Shown here in pieces: positions 48,312 to 56,553 of a stretch of 64,000 nucleotides of DNA. A program made the position numbers and the translations under genes. The stretch lies in contig JAEUVB010000019.1 of NCBI GenBank assembly GCA_016786845.1, positions 23,661-87,660 on the forward strand, read 5' to 3'. Each line of letters begins with the position of its first letter. Position 1 is the first letter of the stretch. The DNA is from Chitinophagaceae bacterium. GTDB taxonomy: Bacteria; Bacteroidota; Bacteroidia; Chitinophagales; Chitinophagaceae. The notes beneath the pieces are model-generated. The model did no database searches. It had not been told where the DNA came from and saw only the letters and a list, made by a program, of their open reading frames with translations.

Positions 48312-48767
48312 ATGAATTACGTTACAAATCTTATTCAAACAAACAAATTAAAACCGGCTGATGTTATCGTATTAAAGAAAACACTCTTTGGAATGCTTGA
48401 TCATTATGCAATTTTTCTTGGCTATGATGAGTTTGGTCATCCCTTTTTTGTTGCGAATTATACTAAAGGAATAAACAGAATATCCTATGTAGAATTAAAA
48501 TCCTTTTTGCAAATAATGGAGCCCCAACGAATTGTACGATTCAATGGTACTAATTCCCAAAGAAATGCTGCTGTTCAAAGAGCAATTTCTAGATTGGGTG
48601 AACGAAACTATAACTACTTTGAAAACAATTGCGAACATTATGCCAACTATGTACAACACGGTGTTCATTATAGCAGTCAGTCAGATGCGTTTAAGGATAG
48701 TATAAAAACCGTTGTGCCACTTGCTTTGGGTGTCGCGTTTTTAGCTGCAATATTTGGGAAGGAGTAA
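48312..48767 (+). CDS. LRAT/H-rev107-like NlpC/P60-superfamily enzyme with C-terminal transmembrane anchor
   Basis: 151 aa. His31 (DHYAIFLG), His43 twelve residues later (FGHPFF), catalytic Cys107 in NNCEHYANY. C-terminal helix VVPLALGVAFLAAIFG. Confidence 0.7.
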   Translation: MNYVTNLIQTNKLKPADVIVLKKTLFGMLDHYAIFLGYDEFGHPFFVANYTKGINRISYVELKSFLQIMEPQRIVRFNGTNSQRNAAVQRAISRLGERNYNYFENNCEHYANYVQHGVHYSSQSDAFKDSIKTVVPLALGVAFLAAIFGKE

Positions 48768-48839
48768 TTTTCACTAGGCTATTCTCTAATGGTTATCTAG
48801 GTTCAGGATAGTAAATTCTGAACATCGGGATACTTCTGA

Positions 48840-50003
48840 TCATCCCAAGTCTTCAATTGGTTCAATTACATCGTTGGTGGAAGAAATTAAAACGGAACTA
48901 ATTTCATTAAAATATGGTTTTACAGCCGTATAAAGTTTATTTAAATTCTCAATTAAAAAATTAATTATATCCGTCCATTCTTCTTCATTAAAGTAGTTTA
49001 ATCCTGTTTTGTAAACAGCGACAACTGACTTTTTTAAGTTGTCGTGACGTTCCCATACAAGACCATCGCCAAAAGAATTATCGATAATGTCTTTATGTTT
49101 TAATAATGCATCAAAAAGGATTTTATTTTCAATTGCCAAGGATCTGCCAAAGTTTAATGCAACACAAGCCTGTGTGCCAGTAATAATGACTTGGAATGAG
49201 ACGTAGGTTATACCTGTCCCGCCAGCATATAAAGCGTTATCTTTTGTAGGATTCGAATTTTGAAAGAGTGCCGATTTGTTTTTGATGGAATTTAGAAATT
49301 TGGACCAAAAAGTGAGTCGGATTTTATATCGATGTCTTGCTTCTTCTTCAATATTAATTTCTTCTTGAACTTTATTCGTCATTGAGATAATATAGTCCTG
49401 GGCATCTTTAGTAGGAATTATTTGTTCTATGTTTAAAAAATTTAGTTCACCCAATTGATATGGCGTTACTTTCATACATTGTAATTGTATTTTAAAATTT
49501 AAGAGCCATAACACAGTTGAAGTTACTTCTTTCCTGAAGTTTGCTGCAACCAAAATGATCCTTTGGGTGGCCTGTTGATTGATTACAATATCTGAGTAGT
49601 CGATATCATTATAGAATTCCGTTATTAACTCTTGGGCATTTTTACCGTTTGATTGTTGATCAAGGTAACTCTGAAAAATTTTGCGGACTTCTTCCTTTGT
49701 CAGCGTGCTACAATATGACGCATATTTTAAGGCTTGCCAAGTAACATCCCTTCCTGAGTCATCTAATTTATTTTCTATGATGACTAAGTTTCCATTTTTA
49801 TCAAGTGCTAATAGATCCAATCGTTCATTTGTTTCAGAGAAATCATTGAATTCTTTTTGAATAATTAGTAATTTTTCTCCCAGGCAATCAGGGTTTTTGG
49901 CTATCCATTCTTGAAGATGTTTACGCTCTTGGAAACCCAATTCGGTAAATGTTTTTTTTAGCAGAGGAGATATAGTGTTGGTTTGCTTTTCTATTAAGAA
50001 CAT
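48840..50003 (-). CDS. PD-(D/E)xK nuclease-like N-terminal domain fused to a DUF4268-like C-terminal domain
   Basis: 387 aa. ERLDLLALDKNGNLVIIENKLDD (D..ExK) near the N-terminus. The C-terminal half (FWSKFLNSIK...GLVWER..) resembles DUF4268. Confidence 0.6.
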   Translation of the reverse strand: MFLIEKQTNTISPLLKKTFTELGFQERKHLQEWIAKNPDCLGEKLLIIQKEFNDFSETNERLDLLALDKNGNLVIIENKLDDSGRDVTWQALKYASYCSTLTKEEVRKIFQSYLDQQSNGKNAQELITEFYNDIDYSDIVINQQATQRIILVAANFRKEVTSTVLWLLNFKIQLQCMKVTPYQLGELNFLNIEQIIPTKDAQDYIISMTNKVQEEINIEEEARHRYKIRLTFWSKFLNSIKNKSALFQNSNPTKDNALYAGGTGITYVSFQVIITGTQACVALNFGRSLAIENKILFDALLKHKDIIDNSFGDGLVWERHDNLKKSVVAVYKTGLNYFNEEEWTDIINFLIENLNKLYTAVKPYFNEISSVLISSTNDVIEPIEDLG

Positions 50004-50042
50004 GTTTTCAATTTAACGGTTTAAAAATGCGGTATACTAGAG

Positions 50043-50050
50043 CAAAAGTA
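50043..50050 (-). promoter_or_regulatory. candidate -7 promoter box for the 48840-50003 gene
   Basis: The minus strand reads TACTTTTG (a TAnnTTTG match) about 40 nt upstream of the ATG at 50003. Confidence 0.25.
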
Positions 50051-50136
50051 GACCACAAAGTACATTATTTAATACAAATTATTCTTGTGAAACATTCACA
50101 CTGTTGGCTTTTTGTAATTGGGTGCCAGTTAAACAA

Positions 50137-50250
50137 GATTTTCAATCTTGCCCTAAAAGATCAAATCAAACAATCTCAGTAAATAGGAGATGGAGGTGTC
50201 AGATCGCAGATTTGTTTTATCCGGGTATAGGATTGCAAATCCTGAACAGC
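50137..50250. repeat. ~115-bp direct repeat, copy 1
   Basis: Roughly 85% identical by eye to 51753-51867. Shared core AGATGGAGGTGTCAGATCGCAGAT and GGGTATAGGATT(G/A)CAAAT. Contains the hairpin AGGATT-gcaa-ATCCT. Confidence 0.85.
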
Positions 50251-50276
50251 TAGAGAACAGCGAGCTTCTCATTTAA

Positions 50277-50939
50277 TTACTCCTGTTTCCCCGGAAACAC
50301 ATCTTTAGAGCAGATTACAAAGAATTTTCTATTGAATTGGTCCTGTTTGTTGATATAGGTATTTACTTGTTTTCTGGCCATTGAGTCTGAAGGATCATTC
50401 AGGATTTTGCGCATTGCAGGGTGGAGGTATTGAGTGAAGTTAACGGAGATGTCTTCATAAGCTTTAAAGACGGTGGTATCTGTAAAGCTGTTTTGGATAA
50501 AGGCCCGATTGTAGGCGTCATTCTTTGACCATTCATCTATTGAGTTATAATATTTCTCTTTTTGTTGGAGAATAATATCCTGATCTTTATTCTCTTCTAT
50601 ATAGGTAGCCAGTCTGCGAGCATGGAGATAGCGAGTAGTTACAATATCGCTAATTTTCTTATAAAACTCTGTCATTTCATGCTGCTTATTTTCGTAGTTG
50701 ATGGCTTGTTTTTGATAATCGTACATTTTCTTCTGATAAACGTATGATATAAAACCACCTACCATGGCAGTTAGCGTAAAGCCAATGAGAAGCAAGTAAA
50801 CGTCGTGGTATTTTCCCAGTGGTTTTAAAATGGTCTGCTTCTCTTTATCTTGAATCAAAGCATGGAGTTGATTTTGAATGGAAGAAATTTGATTGCTTAT
50901 TTCCTCTAAATTCATTGTTTCATTTGGTTTATTATCCAT
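50277..50939 (-). CDS. hypothetical single-pass membrane protein
   Basis: 220 aa. N-terminal coiled-coil-like segment, one TM (VYLLLIGFTLTAMVGGFISYVY), helical C-terminal domain. Its start lies 39 nt downstream of the stop of the GIY-YIG gene (both minus strand). Confidence 0.55.
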   Translation of the reverse strand: MDNKPNETMNLEEISNQISSIQNQLHALIQDKEKQTILKPLGKYHDVYLLLIGFTLTAMVGGFISYVYQKKMYDYQKQAINYENKQHEMTEFYKKISDIVTTRYLHARRLATYIEENKDQDIILQQKEKYYNSIDEWSKNDAYNRAFIQNSFTDTTVFKAYEDISVNFTQYLHPAMRKILNDPSDSMARKQVNTYINKQDQFNRKFFVICSKDVFPGKQE

Positions 50940-50978
50940 GTTTGTATTTTTTAAGGGGTTAATTTTTAGGAATCCATC

Positions 50979-51602
50979 CTATTCTTCCATAGGATATGTT
51001 TGGTTATAAATTTTTCTAAGAGGGATGCCGTTATATGTCCAATACGGACCCGGGGCCACATGATAAGAGTTGTCTAGAATAACACGAGTCGCATAGGTTA
51101 GTGATCGTTCTTCTCCCCTAAACATTACATTGCGATCATTAACAACCTGAACGACTTCTCCATTTGTTACATTGACTAATTCACTTCCAATAGGAATATT
51201 CATTTCGTTAAAATTAAATCGAGGTCTTTTCTTTTTGCCATAGGCCATACCTGCATCGCGGTCTACCTCATCTACAACTTCTTTTTCTGAAGCTACTTGA
51301 GGTGAAACATTTTGCAATTCCATCAATTTAATGATTGCAATAGCCTGAGAGGCTTCTATTTCGAAAAATTCACGATTAGGATTCAATCTATCCGGTCCAA
51401 AGGCGATATGTAATGCCTTTTCAACTTTTTCATAGTTAGATACTTTGGCAGCATATACACATTCAAAAGGAAGTGGCACACCGGTACTATATAATTGCGA
51501 CATTCTATATTTTACATCTTCTTGATTGGTTCTTCCAATTTTTATAATACCCGGCATAGCAGGATTTGTAAGCACATATACAATACCTTGGTTATTTTCC
51601 AT
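50979..51602 (-). CDS. GIY-YIG / T5orf172-like nuclease-domain protein
   Basis: GIVYVLTNPAMPGIIKIGRT..RMSQLYSTGVPLPFECVYA...NREFFEI matches the T5orf172/MUG113-type GIY-YIG layout. The C-terminal ~90 aa is unassigned. Confidence 0.7.
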   Translation of the reverse strand: MENNQGIVYVLTNPAMPGIIKIGRTNQEDVKYRMSQLYSTGVPLPFECVYAAKVSNYEKVEKALHIAFGPDRLNPNREFFEIEASQAIAIIKLMELQNVSPQVASEKEVVDEVDRDAGMAYGKKKRPRFNFNEMNIPIGSELVNVTNGEVVQVVNDRNVMFRGEERSLTYATRVILDNSYHVAPGPYWTYNGIPLRKIYNQTYPMEE

Positions 51603-51752
51603 TTCTTAGATTTACATAAAGTTAAAAATAATATTGAATAATAGGTTTAGGTCATAAAGGGATCTTTTGAAATTTGCTATTGTGAGGTTCTCTTCTGCTG
51701 AGGCTATTTTATCAGGATGTTCGCACTTTGTAAAGACGCGCGAGGATCTGGG

Positions 51753-51867
51753 GATTTTCAATCTTACCCTTACATGATTAAATCAAACAAGCTCAGTATA
51801 TAGAAGATGGAGGTGTCAGATCGCAGATCTGGTTTATATGGGTATAGGATTACAAATTCGGAACAGC
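51753..51867. repeat. ~115-bp direct repeat, copy 2
   Basis: See 50137-50250. Same orientation. Confidence 0.85.
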
Positions 51868-51884
51868 GAATTCCATCAAGTCAT

Positions 51885-52180
51885 GTTCGCAATGACGGTC
51901 AAAGACGCGCTCCGTAGGATGGGATTGCTTCACACGATGATGAGGTTTCGGTTACGATGTACGCTGTTACTCGTCGTGTTCGCAATGACGTTCAAAGACG
52001 CGCTCCGTAGCATGGGATTGCTTCACACGACGATGAGATTTCGGTTACGAAGTACGGTGTTACTCGTCGTGTTCGCAATGACGTTCAAAGACGCGCTCCG
52101 TAGCATGGGATTGCTTCACACGACGATGAGATTTAGGTTACGATGTACGGTGTTAATCGTCGTGTTCGCAATGACGGTCG
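51885..52180. repeat. 93-bp tandem repeat, about 3.2 units
   Basis: GTTCGCAATGACG unit starts at 51885, 51978, 52071 and 52164, an exact 93-nt spacing. The units are near-identical. Confidence 0.92.
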
Positions 52181-52335
52181 GGGACTCGCACTCCGCACTT
52201 CGCTCTCACACTGCCCGCTACGCGGGTTCCGGGTCCCCGTACGGAATGATGCGGTGAACGAGGACTTCATCGGGGCATCATACAAGACGAACAATCATCC
52301 AATACTTTACATTAGTATCCCGCGAATCTGCGGCA

Positions 52336-53625
52336 TTAGTGCGCGAAGTCCTCTTCGTAATTCTTCATTCTTTCAATCGGTGGATTGAAGTAGCCGAATT
52401 TGAGGTGGGGGTATTCTTCGCGGATGATGTGCATGAGTTGTTTGACGCCATAGCGGTCGCCGGTTTCGGTGACGCCAATCTTGCCTAAATACCAATCGGG
52501 ATCGATATTGAAGTTGCGCCATTGGATCATCTTCAAATCGGTATACTCGATGAGGTGGCGCAGGGCATCGAGTTCGGCCTCGCTGTCGGTCATGCCGGGG
52601 AAGACAAAATAGTTGATGGAGGTCCAGCCGCCATAAGCCGCCGCGATCTTCAAACTTTCGAGCAGATCCTGAAATTCATAATTGTTGGGGCGATAGTAGG
52701 GCGTATAGATTTCTTTGCGCGCGCTGTTGGTGCTCACGCGTATGCTGTTGAGTCCGGCTTTCATGAGTTCCTCTACCGCGCGCGGATTGCTGCCGTTGGT
52801 ATTGATATTGATACTGCCCTTGCTCGTATGACGACGGATTTCGAGGATAGCTTCGCGTATGGTCTCCCACATCAGCAGGGGCTCGCCTTCGCAGCCTTGT
52901 CCGAAACTGACGATGGGATAAGGCGCCGTCTCGAGATGGGGTACGGTATACTCCACCACTTCGGCCGCAGTGGGTTTGAAGGTGAGTCGATCCTGGGTGG
53001 ATACGATGGTTTCATCTTCGGGTTGAAAGGAAATGCATCCGATGCAATTGGCATTGCAGGCCGGCGAGATCGGTATAGGACATTCCCAGCGGCCCATGAA
53101 ATAGTTACGGGCAGCAGGACAATGATAGGTCTGGCAGCAAGTCTCGGCGAGATGTTGTACCAGGCGGTTGTGGGGATAGGCCGTTACGAATTTGGTGAGA
53201 CCGGATTCAATTTTATCTTCATCATAGCCGGCGCACTCCTGGCGGATATCGCGTTCGATGCGGGTGGCGGTGACGAAGAATTCGCCCTCATACCAACCGG
53301 CACAGGTATAGCAAAACAAAGGAAGGGTAGGCGCATCGGGTAGGGTTTCGTAGGCAGCCATATAAAAACCCGTATGGGCAGGCGGAATGAAAGCGGCTAC
53401 GGCCCATCCTTTTTCGCAGAGACGCATTTCGCCGGTCTTGACATCGAGGCCTATGCCGCGGCGGCCGGGAAGTTCGTACAGATTACCTCCGTCGGGCAGG
53501 GGAATCCAGTCGTCGAGTTCGGTTTCTACGGCATCCCATCCCGTACGTCCGAGGACATAGAGGGTTTCATCTTCAAAAATATTGCCCTGACCATCGGAGT
53601 ACAGCAGATAGGGAGTATGCTTCAT
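52336..53625 (-). CDS. radical SAM protein with ~190-aa N-terminal extension
   Basis: CxxxCxxC cluster motif (ACNANCIGC) at about residue 200. TIM-barrel-like remainder. Confidence 0.75.
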   Translation of the reverse strand: MKHTPYLLYSDGQGNIFEDETLYVLGRTGWDAVETELDDWIPLPDGGNLYELPGRRGIGLDVKTGEMRLCEKGWAVAAFIPPAHTGFYMAAYETLPDAPTLPLFCYTCAGWYEGEFFVTATRIERDIRQECAGYDEDKIESGLTKFVTAYPHNRLVQHLAETCCQTYHCPAARNYFMGRWECPIPISPACNANCIGCISFQPEDETIVSTQDRLTFKPTAAEVVEYTVPHLETAPYPIVSFGQGCEGEPLLMWETIREAILEIRRHTSKGSININTNGSNPRAVEELMKAGLNSIRVSTNSARKEIYTPYYRPNNYEFQDLLESLKIAAAYGGWTSINYFVFPGMTDSEAELDALRHLIEYTDLKMIQWRNFNIDPDWYLGKIGVTETGDRYGVKQLMHIIREEYPHLKFGYFNPPIERMKNYEEDFAH

Positions 53626-53666
53626 AAGGTAATGTTGTGTAAGGAGGTAAAGGTACGATTCAGCCT

Positions 53667-54269
53667 TTAAGCGGCTTCAATTTTCTCGCGGCAAAAAGAA
53701 AAGAAGAGGATGAGCTCATCGTCGTTGTAATGATTGCGGATGAGGTATTGTTGCGCTTGTCCGTCACTGAACACGATGGACAAATAATGATTGCGGATGA
53801 GGATATTGTGGATCTGAGACCAGGGGATTTTTTTGTCTTGCAAGGCGAGCTGTATGCTGACGCCCTCTTCAGAGAAGTCGATGAATTGTTCGCCGAAGAT
53901 GCGGCTCTCCATCCAAAGCAGTCCTGCCGTGAGGAGCGAAGCGAAGCCGAAGAGCAGGGCGGGCACTACCTGATTGTTTTGTAAAAAGTGCATAGACCCC
54001 ATGAGGAGGAATCCGGCTTCGAGGATGCGAAAGATGCGGTTGTTGGCCGGGTCGGCGACGAAGTTCTTTTTGAAGATCGTCATGAAGATGATGAGGAGGG
54101 GCGGGGGAATGAGGGCGAGTACATAGATCCAACTCAGTTCTTCGAGCAATAAATATTGCAGACCATAAATGAGGAGGAGCAGGGAGGCCATGAGGTGCAT
54201 GGCTTTACATTGGCGGATACGTTTGGGCAGATCTTCGATGATGCGAAGAAAGTAAAACTGCCTAGGCAT
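53667..54269 (-). CDS. hypothetical membrane protein
   Basis: 200 aa. Four hydrophobic helices followed by a soluble C-terminal ~70 aa. Its start overlaps the upstream stop by 8 nt. Confidence 0.5.
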   Translation of the reverse strand: MPRQFYFLRIIEDLPKRIRQCKAMHLMASLLLLIYGLQYLLLEELSWIYVLALIPPPLLIIFMTIFKKNFVADPANNRIFRILEAGFLLMGSMHFLQNNQVVPALLFGFASLLTAGLLWMESRIFGEQFIDFSEEGVSIQLALQDKKIPWSQIHNILIRNHYLSIVFSDGQAQQYLIRNHYNDDELILFFSFCREKIEAA

Positions 54270-55314
54270 GCGTATTCGATTTCATAAAGAGGTTGCACAT
54301 GCGGTAGAGGATGCGCGCGCCCACATTGGCATCGATAGAGTCGAGACTGTCTTCGCCGCAACTCACCTCATTGAGATCGAAGGCGATGATGCGCTTGCCA
54401 CTGTCGACCAGCTTCTTGAAGAGGTATTGAATTTGTTCGGCTTCAAAACCACCCTGAACGGGGGTGCCTGTATTTTTGCACAGCTTGGGATCGAGACCGT
54501 CGATATCGAAACTGATGTATACGTTTTGGGGGAGTTGGGCAATGATGTCGTCGCAGATCTGCTTCCAGGTTTCGCCTTCAAACTGACGTTCTTTGATATC
54601 GTGATCGAAGAAGGTTTTGATGCGGTCGTTGCTTTGGATGAGTTCGTATTCTTCATCACAAAAATCGCGAATACCCACTTGCACAAGCTTGCACATCTTT
54701 GGAATTTCCTGCAATACATTGTACATGATGGATGCGTGCGAATAGGTAAAGCCTTCGTAGGCTTTTCTGAGATCGGCGTGGGCATCGATTTGCAGAATGC
54801 CGAATTCACCGAAAGTATCAGCCACGGCTTTCATCAATCCGAGGGGTGTGCTATGGTCGCCACCCACCAGGGCCACGAGTTTATCTTTTTTGTAATAGGC
54901 CATGGCCTGGTCGTAGATGCGCTGTTGCAGTTCCAGGCTACCGCTGTTGATGGCTTCGAGTTTTTTCTGCAACTGGGCATTGTCGCAAGTCATGCCGCCT
55001 TCGCTGAGGTTGGAGATGATGAGTTCGGCGCAATGGCGGAGGAAATCATTTTTCTTGACGATCTCGCGGTCGGGTTCGGGCATATAATAACCTTGCTGCC
55101 AGAAGTTCATGGCATCGGCATCGCATAGATCGATTTGATAAGAGGCTTCGAGGATTTTTTCGGGTCCGCGTGCTGTACCATTACGATACGATACGGTGAC
55201 TTCCCAGGGAATAGGGATGATCATCAATCGGGCGTTCTCTTCGGTGGTGGGCAGACCAAAAATGTTGTTGGAAGCGATCCCAATGGAGTTAGGATCAAAG
55301 TTTGTAATAGTCAT
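54262..55314 (-). CDS. arginase-family ureohydrolase (agmatinase/formimidoylglutamase-like)
   Basis: Metal-binding motifs GGDHS, DAHADL and SFDIDGLDP. Confidence 0.85.
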   Translation of the reverse strand: MTITNFDPNSIGIASNNIFGLPTTEENARLMIIPIPWEVTVSYRNGTARGPEKILEASYQIDLCDADAMNFWQQGYYMPEPDREIVKKNDFLRHCAELIISNLSEGGMTCDNAQLQKKLEAINSGSLELQQRIYDQAMAYYKKDKLVALVGGDHSTPLGLMKAVADTFGEFGILQIDAHADLRKAYEGFTYSHASIMYNVLQEIPKMCKLVQVGIRDFCDEEYELIQSNDRIKTFFDHDIKERQFEGETWKQICDDIIAQLPQNVYISFDIDGLDPKLCKNTGTPVQGGFEAEQIQYLFKKLVDSGKRIIAFDLNEVSCGEDSLDSIDANVGARILYRMCNLFMKSNTHA

Positions 55315-55963
55315 ATCAGACGGTTACTGTTTTTACAGGCAGCAAATGTACAGCATAGGCAGATATTTCAACAGAAAAGTGAGGGTGATTTGAGGGATAT
55401 TTCCGGGAGGGGGGGAGTTTTCAATACAGGGCTTTTCTTGAGTCTGAAAGATTCTGAGGCCGCAGTGTCCCCGAGGCCGCAGTGTCCCCGGAGGCGGGAG
55501 ACACTGCGGAGACGGAAATCTGTTCATCCCCAAAAGATCCCGGTCCGGCTTCGGCTTGTTCCACTGCGTGGAAAGCCTAAAAGCCGACCGGGATGACATT
55601 CCTTCATTTAGATTTCGTTCATTTTGGGCAATCTTTGAATCGCTGGATATTACGATACTCTTCGCTACGGAGCAGGAAAGGCCTTAGAAATTTGGCGTTA
55701 AGAAATAATCGAAATGAGCCGTTAAGAAACAATTGCTGTTTGACGAGCGACGCAGGAGTGAGGAGTTCAATTGTTTTAGGCGCATTTCGATTATTTTAGC
55801 TAAATTTCGACAGCCTTGACTTTTTGCTCCACTTTTGTGTCAAGACAAAAGTGGAACCCCCGGTAGGGCACCGAATGTCGGGTTGTTATAAGTGTTTTTT
55901 AATTTATGGTCATCTAAGTCACTGACTAAAATGAACTGGTAAACTCTATAGTATCAGGATCTG

Positions 55964-56539
55964 TTAACTAAAAGGACTTTCTACATTCTGCAACGCAGCC
56001 GCCACCCGACTAATCGGCAATCCCATCACATTGTAAAAACACCCGTCGATGCGGCGAATGGCAATGGCGCCGATCCATTCCTGTATGGCATAGGCACCGG
56101 CCTTGTCGAAGGGTTTGTAATGGGAAACATAATACTGTATCTGATCGTGGCTGAGGGCATGAAAACTCACCTCGGTCGTATCAGAAAACGCCACTTCCCG
56201 ATCGCCGTGCAGGATGACCACACCGGTAATGACACGGTGCACCTGATCGGATAATAAACTCAGTATGTTTTCGGCATCGGCAGCATCCTTGGGTTTGCCA
56301 ATGATGCGGTCATTCAGAACCACGATGGTGTCCGCAGCAAGTATGGTTCGCTGAGGATGCAGGGCATGTATGGCCAGGGCTTTTTGTCGGGCGATGTGTA
56401 CAGGCACATCTGCGATGGGCATATCTGCCGGAAAATCTTCGGGCGTATCTTGGGTGATGATTTCAAAAGGGATTTCTGCCAGTTCGAGCAAATATTTTCT
56501 GCGGGGCGATTTGGAGGCGAGAATGATGGGTTGCTTCAT
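55964..56539 (-). CDS. maf: Maf-family nucleoside triphosphate pyrophosphatase
   Basis: MKQPIILASKSPRRKYLL.. start from the internal ATG at 56539, and the GAYAIQ motif. The longer ORF to 56680 overlaps the next gene. Confidence 0.88.
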   Translation of the reverse strand: MKQPIILASKSPRRKYLLELAEIPFEIITQDTPEDFPADMPIADVPVHIARQKALAIHALHPQRTILAADTIVVLNDRIIGKPKDAADAENILSLLSDQVHRVITGVVILHGDREVAFSDTTEVSFHALSHDQIQYYVSHYKPFDKAGAYAIQEWIGAIAIRRIDGCFYNVMGLPISRVAAALQNVESPFS

Positions 56540-56553
56540 GATGCAAGAATACA

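Noticed and set aside
37901-51870. Calling the island an ICE, prophage or transposon
   Set aside because: No integrase, transposase, relaxase, phage structural gene or flanking tRNA is recognisable by eye, and no matching terminal repeats were found at 37.9 kb against 51.9 kb. It is described only as an AT-rich accessory island.
51838-52257. 139-aa ORF reading through the 93-bp tandem repeat
   Set aside because: The peptide is just the translated repeat unit (31 aa x 3). It has no start context or recognisable domain. It is treated as non-coding satellite.
55135-55799. ORFs of 65-153 aa between the arginase-family gene and maf
   Set aside because: The same situation applies. They are composed of repeat words (tandem GAGGCCGCAGTGTCCCC, an inverted copy of the 34.1-kb family and a palindrome), overlap each other, and contain no domains.
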